This document shows, piece by piece, positions 11,501 through 26,500 of a stretch of 61,999 nucleotides of DNA. The stretch lies in assembly GCA_032718475.1 (NCBI GenBank), contig JAUCBJ010001495.1:1-61999 (forward strand), in the 5' to 3' direction. The position numbers were made by a program, and so were the translations under genes. How positions within the stretch are numbered: the first letter of the stretch is position 1; the number at the start of each line of letters is the position of its first letter. Below the pieces are notes generated by a model, which was not told where the DNA came from, made no database searches, and saw only the letters and a list, made by a program, of their open reading frames with translations. The stretch is from Nemertoderma westbladi (taxonomy: Eukaryota; Animalia; Xenacoelomorpha).

Positions 11501-14500
11501 GCTTTAGGTTATTGTGAAGAAGAGGCCACCATGTACTTTATGTATTCCTTCTGTAACTAGTACCTTTAGGTTATTGTGAAGAAGAGGCCACCATGTCCTT
11601 TATGTATTCCTTCTGTAACTATTACCTTTAGGTTATTGTGAAGAAGAGGCCACCATGTACTTTATGTATTCCTTCTGTAACTATTACCTTTATGTTATTG
11701 TGAAGAAGAGGCCACCATGTCCTTTATGTATTCCTTCTGTAACTATTACCTTTAGGTTATTGTGAAGAAGAGTCCACCATGTACTTTATGTATTCCTTCT
11801 GTAACTAGTACCTTTAGGTTATTGTGAAGAAGAGGCCACCATGTCCTTTATGTATTCCTTCTGTAACTATTACCTTTAGGTTATTGTGAAGAAGAGGCCA
11901 CCATGTCCTTTATGTATTCCTTCTGTAACTATTACCTTTAGGTTATTGTGAAGAAGAGGTCACCATGTACTTTATGTATTCCTTCTGTAACTATTACCTT
12001 TAGGTTATTGTGAAGAAGAGGCCACCATGTACTTTATGTATTCCTTCTGTAACTATTACCTTTAGGTTATTGTGAAGAAGAGGCCACCATGTACTTTATG
12101 TATTCCTTCTGTAACTATTACCTTTAGGTTATTGTGAAGAAGAGGCCACCATGTACTTTATGTATTCCTTCTGTAACTATTACTTTTAGGTTATTGTGAA
12201 GAAGAGTCCACCATGTACTTTATGTATTCCTTCTGTAACTATTACCTTTAGGTTATTGTGAAGAAGAGGCCACCATGTACTTTATGTATTCCTTCTGTAA
12301 CTATTACTTTTAGGTTATTGTGAAGAAGAGGTCACCATGTACTTTATGTATTCCTTCTGTAACTATTACCTTTAGGTTATTGTGAAGAAGAGGCCACCAT
12401 GTACTTTATGTATTCCTTTTGTAACTATTACCTTGAGGTTATTGTGAAGAAGAGGCCACCATGTCCTTTATGTATTCCTTCTGTAACTATTACCTTTAGG
12501 TTATTGTGAAGAAGAGGCCACCATGTACTTTATGTATTCCTTTTGTAACTATTACCTTGAGGTTATTGTGAAGAAGAGGCCACCATGTCCTTTATGTATT
12601 CCTTCTGTAACTATTACCTTTAGGTTATTGTGAAGAAGAGGCCACCATGTACTTTATGTATTCCTTCTGTAACTATTACTTTTATGTTATTGTGAAGAAG
12701 AGGCCACCATGTACTTTATGTATTCCTTCTGTAACTAGTACCTTTAGGTTATTGTGAAGAAGAGGCCACCATGTCCTTTATGTATTCCTTCTGTAACTAT
12801 TACCTTTAGGTTATTGTGAAGAAGAGGCCACCATGTCCTTTATGTATTCCTTCTGTAACTATTACCTTTAGGTTATTGTGAAGAAGAGGCCACCATGTAC
12901 TTTATGTATTCCTTCTGTAACTATTACCTTTAGGTTATTGTGAAGAAGAGGCCACCATGTACTTTATGTATTCCTTCTGTAACTATTACCTTTAGGTTAT
13001 TGTGAAGAAGAGGCCACCATGTACTTTATGTATTCCTTCTGTAACTAGTACCTTTAGGTTATTGTGAAGAAGAGGCCACCATGTCCTTTATGTATTCCTT
13101 CTGTAACTATTACCTTTAGGTTATTGTGAAGAAGAGGCCACCATGTCCTTTATGTATTCCTTCTGTAACTATTACCTTTAGGTTATTGTGAAGAAGAGGC
13201 CACCATGTACTTTATGTATTCCTTCTGTAACTATTACCTTTATGTTATTGTGAAGAAGAGGCCACCATGTACTTTATGTATTCCTTCTGTAACTATTACC
13301 TTTAGGTTATTGTGAAGAAGAGGCCACCATGTACTTTATGTATTCCTTCTGTAACTAGTACCTTTAGGTTATTGTGAAGAAGAGGCCACCATGTCCTTTA
13401 TGTATTCCTTCTGTAACTATTACCTTTAGGTTATTGTGAAGAAGAGGCCACCATGTACTTTATGTATTCCTTCTGTAACTATTACCTTTATGTTATTGTG
13501 AAGAAGAGGCCACCATGTCCTTTATGTATTCCTTCTGTAACTATTACCTTTAGGTTATTGTGAAGAAGAGTCCACCATGTACTTTATGTATTCCTTCTGT
13601 AACTAGTACCTTTAGGTTATTGTGAAGAAGAGGCCACCATGTCCTTTATGTATTCCTTCTGTAACTATTACCTTTAGGTTATTGTGAAGAAGAGGCCACC
13701 ATGTCCTTTATGTATTCCTTCTGTAACTATTACTTTTAGTTTATTGTGAAGAAGAGGCCACCATGTACTTTATGTATTCCTTCTGTAACTATTACCTTTA
13801 GGTTATTGTGAAGAAGAGGCCACCATGTCCTTTATGTATTCCTTCTGTAACTATTACCTTTAGGTTATTGTGAAGAAGAGGCCACCATGTACTTTATGTA
13901 TTCCTTCTGTAACTATTACCTTTATGTTATTGTGAAGAAGAGGCCACCATGTACTTTATGTATTCCTTCTGTAACTATTACCTTTAGGTTATTGTGAAGA
14001 AGAGGCCACCATGTACTTTATGTATTCCTTCTGTAACTAGTACCTTTAGGTTATTGTGAAGAAGAGGCCACCATGTACTTTATGTATTCCTTCTGTAACT
14101 ATTACCTTTAGGTTATTGTGAAGAAGAGGCCACCATGTACTTTATGTATTCCTTCTGTAACTAGTACCTTTAGGTTATTGTGAAGAAGAGGCCACCATGT
14201 CCTTTATGTATTCCTTCTGTAACTATTACCTTTAGGTTATTGTGAAGAAGAGGCCACCATGTACTTTATGTATTCCTTCTGTAACTATTACCTTTATGTT
14301 ATTGTGAAGAAGAGGCCACCATGTCCTTTATGTATTCCTTCTGTAACTATTACCTTTAGGTTATTGTGAAGAAGAGTCCACCATGTACTTTATGTATTCC
14401 TTCTGTAACTAGTACCTTTAGGTTATTGTGAAGAAGAGGCCACCATGTCCTTTATGTATTCCTTCTGTAACTATTACCTTTAGGTTATTGTGAAGAAGAG

Positions 14501-17500
14501 GTCACCATGTCCTTTATGTATTCCTTCTGTAACTATTACTTTTAGTTTATTGTGAAGAAGAGGCCACCATGTACTTTATGTATTCCTTCTGTAACTATTA
14601 CCTTTAGGTTATTGTGAAGAAGAGGCCACCATGTCCTTTATGTATTCCTTCTGTAACTATTACCTTTAGGTTATTGTGAAGAAGAGGCCACCATGTACTT
14701 TATGTATTCCTTCTGTAACTAGTACCTTTAGGTTATTGTGAAGAAGAGGCCACCATGTCCTTTATGTATTCCTTCTGTAACTATTACCTTTAGGTTATTG
14801 TGAAGAAGAGGCCACCATGTCCTTTATGTATTCCTTCTGTAACTATTACCTTTAAGTTATTGTGAAGAAGAGGCCACCATGTACTTTATGTATTCCTTCT
14901 GTAACTAGTACCTTTAGGTTATTGTGAAGAAGAGGCCACCATGTCCTTTATGTATTCCTTCTGTAACTATTACCTTTAGGTTATTGTGAAGAAGAGGCCA
15001 CCATGTACTTTATGTATTCCTTCTGTAACTATTACTTTTAGGTTATTGTGAAGAAGAGTCCACCATGTACTTTATGTATTCCTTCTGTAACTATTACCTT
15101 TAAGTTATTGTGAAGAAGAGGCCACCATGTACTTTATGTATTCCTTCTGTAACTATTACTTTTAGGTTATTGTGAAGAAGAGGCCACCATGTACTTTATG
15201 TATTCCTTCTGTAACTAGTACCTTTAGGTTATTGTGAAGAAGAGGCCACCATGTCCTTTATGTATTCCTTCTGTAACTATTACCTTTAGGTTATTGTGAA
15301 GAAGAGGCCACCATGTACTTTATGTATTCCTTCAGTAACTATTACCTTTATGTTATTGTGAAGAAGAGGCCACCATGTACTTTATGTATTCCTTCTGTAA
15401 CTAGTACCTTTAGGTTATTGTGAAGAAGAGGCCACCATGTCCTTTATGTATTCCTTCTGTAACTATTACCTTTAGGTTATTGTGAAGAAGAGGCCACCAT
15501 GTACTTTATGTATTCCTTCTGTAACTATTACTTTTAGGTTATTGTGAAGAAGAGTCCACCATGTACTTTATGTATTCCTTCTGTAACTATTACCTTTAAG
15601 TTATTGTGAAGAAGAGGCCACCATGTACTTTATGTATTCCTTCTGTAACTATTACCTTTAGGTTATTGTGAAGAAGAGTCCACCATGTACTTTATGTATT
15701 CCTTCTGTAACTAGTACCTTTAGGTTATTGTGAAGAAGAGGCCACCATGTCCTTTATGTATTCCTTCTGTAACTATTACCTTTAGGTTATTGTGAAGAAG
15801 AGGCCACCATGTCCTTTATGTATTCCTTCTGTAACTATTACCTTTAGGTTATTGTGAAGAAGAGGCCACCATGTCCTTTATGTATTCCTTCTGTAACTAT
15901 TACCTTTAGGTTATTGTGAAGAAGAGGCCACCATGTACTTTATGTATTCCTTCTGTAACTAGTACCTTTAGGTTATTGTGAAGAAGAGGCCACCATGTCC
16001 TTTATGTATTCCTTCTGTAACTATTACCTTTAGGTTATTGTGAAGAAGAGGCCACCATGTCCTTTATGTATTCCTTCTGTAACTATTACCTTTAAGTTAT
16101 TGTGAAGAAGAGGCCACCATGTACTTTATGTATTCCTTCTGTAACTAGTACCTTTAGGTTATTGTGAAGAAGAGGCCACCATGTCCTTTATGTATTCCTT
16201 CTGTAACTATTACCTTTAGGTTATTGTGAAGAAGAGGCCACCATGTACTTTATGTATTCCTTCTGTAACTATTACTTTTAGGTTATTGTGAAGAAGAGTC
16301 CACCATGTACTTTATGTATTCCTTCTGTAACTATTACCTTTAAGTTATTGTGAAGAAGAGGCCACCATGTACTTTATGTATTCCTTCTGTAACTATTACT
16401 TTTAGGTTATTGTGAAGAAGAGGCCACCATGTACTTTATGTATTCCTTCTGTAACTAGTACCTTTAGGTTATTGTGAAGAAGAGGCCACCATGTCCTTTA
16501 TGTATTCCTTCTGTAACTATTACCTTTAGGTTATTGTGAAGAAGAGGCCACCATGTACTTTATGTATTCCTTCAGTAACTATTACCTTTATGTTATTGTG
16601 AAGAAGAGGCCACCATGTACTTTATGTATTCCTTCTGTAACTAGTACCTTTAGGTTATTGTGAGGAAGAGGCCACCATGTCCTTTATGTATTCCTTCTGT
16701 AACTATTACCTTTAGGTTATTGTGAAGAAGAGGCCACCATGTACTTTATGTATTCCTTCTGTAACTATTACTTTTAGGTTATTGTGAAGAAGAGTCCACC
16801 ATGTACTTTATGTATTCCTTCTGTAACTATTACCTTTAAGTTATTGTGAAGAAGAGGCCACCATGTACTTTATGTATTCCTTCTGTAACTATTACCTTTA
16901 GGTTATTGTGAAGAAGAGGCCACCATGTACTTTATGTATTCCTTCTGTAACTATTACTTTTAGGTTATTGTGAAGAAGAGGCCACCATGTACTTTATGTA
17001 TTCCTTCTGTAACTATTACTTTTAGGTTATTGTGAAGAAGAGGCCACCATGTACTTTATGTATTCCTTCTAACTATTACCTTTAGGTAATTGTGAAGAAG
17101 AGGCCAACATGTACTTTATGTATTCCTTCTGTAACTATTACCTTTATGTTATTGTGAAGAAGAGGCCACCATGTACTTTATGTATTCCTTCTGTAACTAT
17201 TACCTTTATGTTATTGTGAAGAAGAGGCCACCATGTACTTTATGTATTCCTTCTGTACCTGGTACCTTTAGGTTATTGTGAAGAAGAGGCCACCATGTCC
17301 TTTATGTATTCCTTCTAACTATTACCTTTAGGTAATTGTGAAGAAGAGGCCAACATGTACTTTATGTATTCCTTCAGTAACTATTACCTTTATGTTATTG
17401 TGAAGAAGAGGCCACCATGTACTTTATGTATTCCTTCTGTAACTATTACCTTTATGTTATTGTGAAGAAGAGGCCACCATGTACTTTATGTATTCCTTCT

Positions 17501-20500
17501 GTAACTATTACCTTTATGTTATTGTGAAGAAGAGGCCACCATGTACTTTATGTATTCCTTCTGTAACTATTACCTTTAAGTTATTGTGAAGAAGAGGCCA
17601 CCATGTACTTTATGTATTCCTTCTGTAACTATTACCTTTAGGTTATTGTGAAGAAGAGGCCACCATGTACTTTATGTATTCCTTCTGTAACTATTACTTT
17701 TAGGTTATTGTGAAGAAGAGGCCACCATGTACTTTATTTATTCCTTCTGTAACTATTACTTTTATGTTATTGTGAAGAAGAGGCCACCATGTACTTTATG
17801 TATTCCTTCTAACTATTACCTTTAGGTAATTGTGAAGAAGAGGCCAACATGTACTTTATGTATTCCTTCTGTAACTATTACCTTTATGTTATTGTGAAGA
17901 AGAGGCCACCATGTACTTTATGTATTCCTTCTGTAACTATTACCTTTATGTTATTGTGAAGAAGAGGCCACCATGTACTTTATGTATTCCTTCTGTAACT
18001 GGTACCTTTAGGTTATTGTGAAGAAGAGGCCACCATGTACTTTATGTATTCCTTCTGTAACTATTACTTTTAGGTTATTGTGAAGAAGAGGCCACCATGT
18101 ACTTTATGTATTCCTTCTAACTATTACCTTTAGGTAATTGTGAAGAAGAGGCCAACATGTACTTTATGTATTCCTTCTGTAACTATTACCTTTATGTTAT
18201 TGTGAAGAAGAGGCCACCATGTACTTTATGTATTCCTTCTGTAACTATTACCTTTATGTTATTGTGAAGAAGAGGCCACCATGTACTTTATGTATTCCTT
18301 CTGTAACTGGTACCTTTAGGTTATTGTGAAGAAGAGGCCACCATGTCCTTTATGTATTCCTTCTGTAACTATTACCTTTATGTTATTGTGAAGAAGAGGC
18401 CACCATGTACTTTATGTATTCCTTCTGTAACTGGTACCTTTAGGTTATTGTGAAGAAGAGGCCACCATGTACTTTATGTATTCCTTCTGTAACTATTACC
18501 TTTATGTTATTGTGAAGAAGAGGCCACCATGTACTTTATGTATTCCTTCTGTAACTATTACCTTTATGTTATTGTGAAGAAGAGGCCACCATGTACTTTA
18601 TGTATTCCTTCTGTAACTATTAGCTTTAGGTTATTGTGAAGAAGAGGCCACCATGTACTTTATGTATTCCTTCTGTAACTAGTACCTTTAGGTTATTGTG
18701 AAGAAGAGGCCACCATGTCCTTTATGTATTCCTTCTGTAACTATTACCTTTAGGTTATTGTGAAAAAGAGGCCACCATGTACTTTATGTATTCCTTCTGT
18801 AACTATTACCTTTATGTTATTGTGAAGAAGAGGCCACCATGTCCTTTATGTATTCCTTCTGTAACTACTACCTTTAGGTTATTGTGAAGAAGAGTCCACC
18901 ATGTACTTTATGTATTCCTTCTGTAACTAGTACCTTTAGGTTATTGTGAAGAAGAGGCCACCATGTCCTTTATGTATTCCTTCTGTAACTATTACCTTTA
19001 GGTTATTGTGAAGAAGAGGCCACCATGTCCTTTATGTATTCCTTCTGTAACTAGTACCTTTAGGTTATTGTGAAGAAGAGGCCACCATGTCCTTTATGTA
19101 TTCCTTCTGTAACTATTACCTTTAGGTTATTGTGAAGAAGAGGCCACCATGTCCTTTATGTATTCCTTCTGTAACTATTACCTTTAAGTTATTGTGAAGA
19201 AGAGGCCACCATGTACTTTATGTATTCCTTCTGTAACTAGTACCTTTAGGTTATTGTGAAGAAGAGGCCACCATGTCCTTTATGTATTCCTTCTGTAACT
19301 ATTACCTTTAGGTTATTGTGAAGAAGAGGCCACCATGTACTTTATGTATTCCTTCTGTAACTATTACTTTTAGGTTATTGTGAAGAAGAGTCCACCATGT
19401 ACTTTATGTATTCCTTCTGTAACTATTACCTTTAAGTTATTGTGAAGAAGAGGCCACCATGTACTTTATGTATTCCTTCTGTAACTATTACTTTTAGGTT
19501 ATTGTGAAGAAGAGGCCACCATGTACTTTATGTATTCCTTCTGTAACTAGTACCTTTAGGTTATTGTGAAGAAGAGGCCACCATGTCCTTTATGTATTCC
19601 TTCTGTAACTATTACCTTTAGGTTATTGTGAAGAAGAGGCCACCATGTACTTTATGTATTCCTTCAGTAACTATTACCTTTATGTTATTGTGAAGAAGAG
19701 GCCACCATGTACTTTATGTATTCCTTCTGTAACTAGTACCTTTAGGTTATTGTGAAGAAGAGGCCACCATGTCCTTTATGTATTCCTTCTGTAACTATTA
19801 CCTTTAGGTTATTGTGAAGAAGAGGCCACCATGTACTTTATGTATTCCTTCTGTAACTATTACTTTTAGGTTATTGTGAAGAAGAGTCCACCATGTACTT
19901 TATGTATTCCTTCTGTAACTATTACCTTTAAGTTATTGTGAAGAAGAGGCCACCATGTACTTTGTGTATTCCTTCTGTAACTATTACCTTTAGGTTATTG
20001 TGAAGAAGAGGCCACCATGTACTTTATGTATTCCTTCTGTAACTATTACTTTTAGGTTATTGTGAAGAAGAGGCCACCATGTACTTTATGTATTCCTTCT
20101 AACTATTACCTTTAGGTAATTGTGAAGAAGAGGCCAACATGTACTTTATGTATTCCTTCTGTAACTATTACCTTTATGTTATTGTGAAGAAGAGGCCACC
20201 ATGTACTTTATGTATTCCTTCTGTAACTATTACCTTTATGTTATTGTGAAGAAGAGGCCACCATGTACTTTATGTATTCCTTCTGTAACTATTACCTTTA
20301 TGTTATTGTGAAGAAGAGGCCACCATGTACTTTATGTATTCCTTCAGTAACTATTACTTTTATGTTATTGTGAAGAAGAGGCCACCATGTACTTTATGTA
20401 TTCCTTCTGTAACTATTACCTTTATGTTATTGTGAAGAAGAGGCCACCATGTACTTTATGTATTCCTTCAGTAACTATTACTTTTATGTTATTGTGAAGA

Positions 20501-23500
20501 AGAGGCCACCATGTACTTTATGTATTCCTTCTGTAACTATTACCTTTATGTTATTGTGAAGAAGAGGCCACCATGTCCTTTATGTATTCCTTCTGTAACT
20601 ATTACTTTTATGTTATTGTGAAGAAGAGGCCACCATGTACTTTATGTATTCCTTCTGTAATTATTACCTTTAGGTTATTGTGAAGAAGAGGCCACCATGT
20701 ACTTTATGTATTCCTTCTGTAACTATTACTTTTATGTTATTGTGAAGAAGAGGCCACCATGTCCTTTATGTATTCCTTCTGTAACTATTACTTTTATGTT
20801 ATTGTGAAGAAGAGGCCACCATGTACTTTATGTATTCCTTCTGTAACTATTACCTTTATGTTATTGTGAAGAAGAGGCCACCATGTCCTTTATGTATTCC
20901 TTCTGTAACTATTACTTTTATGTTATTGTGAAGAAGAGGCCACCATGTACTTTATGTATTCCTTCTGTAATTATTACCTTTAGGTTATTGTGAAGAAGAG
21001 GCCACCATGTACTTTATGTATTCCTTCTGTAACTATTACTTTTAGGTTATTGTGAAGAAGAGGCCACCATGTACTTTATGTATTCCTTCTGTAACTATTA
21101 CCTTTATGTTATTGTGAAGAAGAGGCCACCATGTACTTTATGTATTCCTTCTGTAACTATTACTTTTATGTTATTGTGAAGAAGAGGCCACCATGTACTT
21201 TATGTATTCCTTCTGTAACTATTACTTTTAGGTTATTGTGAAGAAGAGGCCACCATGTACTTTATGTATTCCTTCTAACTATTACCTTTAGGTTATTGTG
21301 AAGAAGAGGCCACCATGTACTTTATGTATTCCTTCTGTAACTATTACTTTTAGGTTATTGTGAAGAAGAGGCCACCATGTACTTTATGTATTCCTTCTGT
21401 AACTATTACCTTTATGTTATTGTGAAGAAGAGGCCACCATGTACTTTATGTATTCCTTCTGTAACTATTACCTTTATGTTATTGTGAAGAAGAGGCCACC
21501 ATGTACTTTATGTATTCCTTCTGTAACTATTACTTTTATGTTATTGTGAAGAAGAGGCCACCATGTACTTTATGTATTCCTTCTGTAACTATTACCTTTA
21601 TGTTATTGTGAAGAAGAGGCCACCATGTACTTTATGTATTCCTTCTGTAACTATTACCTTTATGTTATTGTGAAGAAGAGGCCACCATGTACTTTATGTA
21701 TTCCTTCTGTAACTATTACTTTTATGTTATTGTGAAGAAGAGGCCACCATGTACTTTATGTATTCCTTCTGTAACTATTACCTTTATGTTATTGTGAAGA
21801 AGAGGCCACCATGTACTTTATGTATTCCTTCTGTAACTATTACTTTTATGTTATTGTGAAGAAGAGGCCACCATGTACTTTATGTATTCCTTCTGTAACT
21901 ATTACCTTTATGTTATTGTGAAGAAGAGGCCAACATGTACTTTATTTATTCCTTCAGTAACTATTACTTTTATGATATTGTGAAGAAGAGGCCACCATGT
22001 ACTTTATGTATTCCTTCTGTAACTATTACTTTTATGTTATTGTGAAGAAGAGGCCACCATGTACTTTATGTATTCCTTCAGTAACTATTACTTTTATGAT
22101 ATTGTGAAGAAGAGGCCACCATGTACTTTATGTATTCCTTCTGAAACTATTATCTTTATGAGTTATTGTGAAGAAGAGGCCACCATGTACTTTATGTATT
22201 CCTTCTGTAACTATTACTTTTATGTTATTGTGAAGAAGAGGCCACCATGTACTTTATGTATTCCTTCAGTAACTATTACTTTTAGGTTATTGTGAAGAAG
22301 AGGCCACCATGTACTTTATGTATTCCTTCTGTAACTATTACTTTTAGGTTATTGTGAAGAAGAGGCCACCATGTACTTTATGTATTCCTTCTGTAACTAT
22401 TACTTTTATGTTATTGTGAAGAAGAGGCCACCATGTACTTTATGTATTCCTTCTGTAACTATTACCTTTATGTTATTGTGAAGAAGAGGCCAACATGTAC
22501 TTTATTTATTCCTTCTGTAACTATTACTTTTATGATATTGTGAAGAAGAGGCCACCATGTACTTTATGTATTCCTTGTGTAATTATTACCTTTAGGTTAT
22601 TGTGAAGAAGAGGCCACCATGTACTTTATGTATTCCTTCTAACTATTACCTTTAGGTAATTGTGAAGAAGAGGCCAACATGTACTTTATGTATTCCTTCT
22701 GTAACTATTACCTTTATGTTATTGTGAAGAAGAGGCCACCATGTACTTTATGTATTCCTTCTGTAACTATTACTTTTATGTTATTGTGAAGAAGAGGCCA
22801 CCATGTACTTTATGTATCCCTTCTGTAATTATTACCTTTAGGTTATTGTGAAGAAGTGGCCACCATGTACTTTATGTATTCCTTCAGTAACTATTACTTT
22901 TATGATATTGTGAAGAAGAGGCCACCATGTACTTTATGTATTCCTTCTGTAACTATTACCTTTAGGTTATTGTGAAGAAGAGGCCACCATGTACTTTATG
23001 TATTCCTTCTGTAACTATTACCTTTATGTTATTGTGAAGAAGAGGCCACCATGTACTTTATGTATTCCTTCTGTAACTATTACTTTTATGATATTGTGAA
23101 GAAGAGGCCACCATGTACTTTATGTATTCCTTCTGTAACTATTACCTTTATGTTATTGTGAAGAAGAGGCCACCATGTACTTTATGTATTCCTTCAGTAA
23201 CTATTACTTTTAGGTTATTGTGAAGAAGAGGCCACCATGTACTTTATGTATTCCTTCTGTAACTATTACTTTTAGGTTATTGTGAAGAAGAGGCCACCAT
23301 GTACTTTATGTATTCCTTCTGTAACTATTACTTTTATGTTATTGTGAAGAAGAGGCCACCATGTACTTTATGTATTCCTTCTGTAACTATTACTTTTATG
23401 TTATTGTGAAGAAGAGGCCACCATGTACTTTATGTATTCCTTCTGTAACTATTACCTTTATGTTATTGTGAAGAAGAGGCCAACATGTACTTTATTTATT

Positions 23501-26500
23501 CCTTCTGTAACTATTACTTTTATGATATTGTAAAGAAGAGGCCACCATGTACTTTATGTATTCCTTCTGTAATTATTACCTTTAGGTTATTGTGAAGAAG
23601 TGGCCACCATGTACTTTATGTATTCCTTCAGTAACTATTACTTTTATGATATTGTGAAGAAGAGGCCACCATGTACTTTATGTATTCCTTCTGTAACTAT
23701 TACTTTTATGATATTGTGAAGAAGAGGCCACCATGTACTTTATGTATTCCTTCTGAAACTATTATCTTTATGAGTTATTGTGAAGAAGAGGCCACCATGT
23801 ACTTTATGTATTCCTTCTGTAACTATTACTTTTATGTTATTGTGAAGAAGAGGCCACCATGTACTTTATGTATTCCTTCTGTAATTATTACCTTTAGGTT
23901 ATTGTGAAGAAGTGGCCACCATGTACTTTATGTATTCCTTCAGTAACTATTACTTTTATGATATTGTGAAGAAGAGGCCACCATGTACTTTATGTATTCC
24001 TTCTGTAACTATTACTTTTATGATATTGTGAAGAAGAGGCCACCATGTACTTTATGTATTCCTTCTGAAACTATTATCTTTATGAGTTATTGTGAAGAAG
24101 AGGCCACCATGTACTTTATGTATTCCTTCTGTAACTATTACTTTTATGTTATTGTGAAGAAGAGGCCACCATGTACTTTATGTATTCCTTCTGTAATTAT
24201 TACCTTTAGGTTATTGTGAAGAAGAGGCCAACATGTACTTTATTTATTCCTTCTGTAACTATTACTTTTATGTTATTGTGAAGAAGAGGCCACCATGTAC
24301 TTTATGTATTCCTTGTGTAATTATTACCTTTAGGTTATTGTGAAGAAGAGGCCACCATGTACTTTATGTATTCCTTGTGTAATTATTACCTTTAGGTTAT
24401 TGTGAAGAAGAGGCCACCATGTACTTTATGTATTCCTTCTAACTATTACCTTTAGGTAATTGTGAAGAAGAGGCCAACATGTACTTTATGTATTCCTTCT
24501 GTAACTATTACCTTTATGTTATTGTGAAGAAGAGGCCACCATGTACTTTATGTATTCCTTCAGTAACTATTACCTTTATGTTATTGTGAATAAGAGGCCA
24601 CCATGTACTTTATGTATTCCTTCTGTAACTATTACCTTTAGGTTATTGTGAAGAAGAGACCACCATGTACTTTATGTATTCCTTCTGTAACTATTACTTT
24701 TATGTTATTGTGAAGAAGAGGCCACCATGTACTTTATGTATTCCTTCTGTAACTATTACCTTTAGGTTATTGTGAAGAAGAGGCCACCATGTACTTTATG
24801 TATTCCTTGTGTAATTATTACCTTTAGGTTATTGTGAAGAAGAGGCCACCATGTACTTTATGTATTCCTTCTAACTATTACCTTTAGGTAATTGTGAAGA
24901 AGAGGCCAACATGTACTTTATGTATTCCTTCTGTAACTATTACCTTTATGTTATTGTGAAGAAGAGGCCACCATGTACTTTATGTATTCCTTCTGTAATT
25001 ATTACCTTTAGGTTATTGTGAAGAAGTGGCCACCATGTACTTTATGTATTCCTTCAGTAACTATTACTTTTATGATATTGTGAAGAAGAGGCCACCATGT
25101 ACTTTATGTATTCCTTCTGTAACTATTACTTTTATGATATTGTGAAGAAGAGGCCACCATGTACTTTATGTATTCCTTCTGAAACTATTATCTTTATGAG
25201 TTATTGTGAAGAAGAGGCCACCATGTACTTTATGTATTCCTTCTGTAACTATTACTTTTATGTTATTGTGAAGAAGAGGCCACCATGTACTTTATGTATT
25301 CCTTCTGTAATTATTACCTTTAGGTTATTGTGAAGAAGAGGCCAACATGTACTTTATTTATTCCTTCTGTAACTATTACTTTTATGTTATTGTGAAGAAG
25401 AGGCCACCATGTACTTTATGTATTCCTTGTGTAATTATTACCTTTAGGTTATTGTGAAGAAGAGGCCACCATGTACTTTATGTATTCCTTGTGTAATTAT
25501 TACCTTTAGGTTATTGTGAAGAAGAGGCCACCATGTACTTTATGTATTCCTTCTAACTATTACCTTTAGGTAATTGTGAAGAAGAGGCCAACATGTACTT
25601 TATGTATTCCTTCTGTAACTATTACCTTTATGTTATTGTGAAGAAGAGGCCACCATGTACTTTATGTATTCCTTCAGTAACTATTACCTTTATGTTATTG
25701 TGAATAAGAGGCCACCATGTACTTTATGTATTCCTTCTGTAACTATTACCTTTAGGTTATTGTGAAGAAGAGACCACCATGTACTTTATGTATTCCTTCT
25801 GTAACTATTACTTTTATGTTATTGTGAAGAAGAGGCCACCATGTACTTTATGTATTCCTTCTGTAACTATTACCTTTAGGTTATTGTGAAGAAGAGGCCA
25901 CCATGTACTTTATGTATTCCTTGTGTAATTATTACCTTTAGGTTATTGTGAAGAAGAGGCCACCATGTACTTTATGTATTCCTTCTAACTATTACCTTTA
26001 GGTAATTGTGAAGAAGAGGCCAACATGTACTTTATGTATTCCTTCTGTAACTATTACCTTTATGTTATTGTGAAGAAGAGGCCACCATGTACTTTATGTA
26101 TTCCTTCAGTAACTATTACCTTTATGTTATTGTGAATAAGAGGCCACCATGTACTTTATGTATTCCTTCTGTAACTATTACCTTTAGGTTATTGTGAAGA
26201 AGAGACCACCATGTACTTTATGTATTCCTTCTGTAACTATTACTTTTATGTTATTGTGAAGAAGAGGCCACCATGTACTTTATGTATTCCTTCTGTAACT
26301 ATTACCTTTAGGTTATTGTGAAGAAGAGGCCACCATGTACTTTATGTATTCCTTCTGTAACTATTACTTTTATGTTATTGTGAAGAAGAGGCCACCATGT
26401 ACTTTATGTATTCCTTCTGTAACTATTACCTTTAGGTTATTGTGAAGAAGAGGCCACCATGTACTTTATGTATTCCTTCTGTAACTATTACCTTTAGGTT

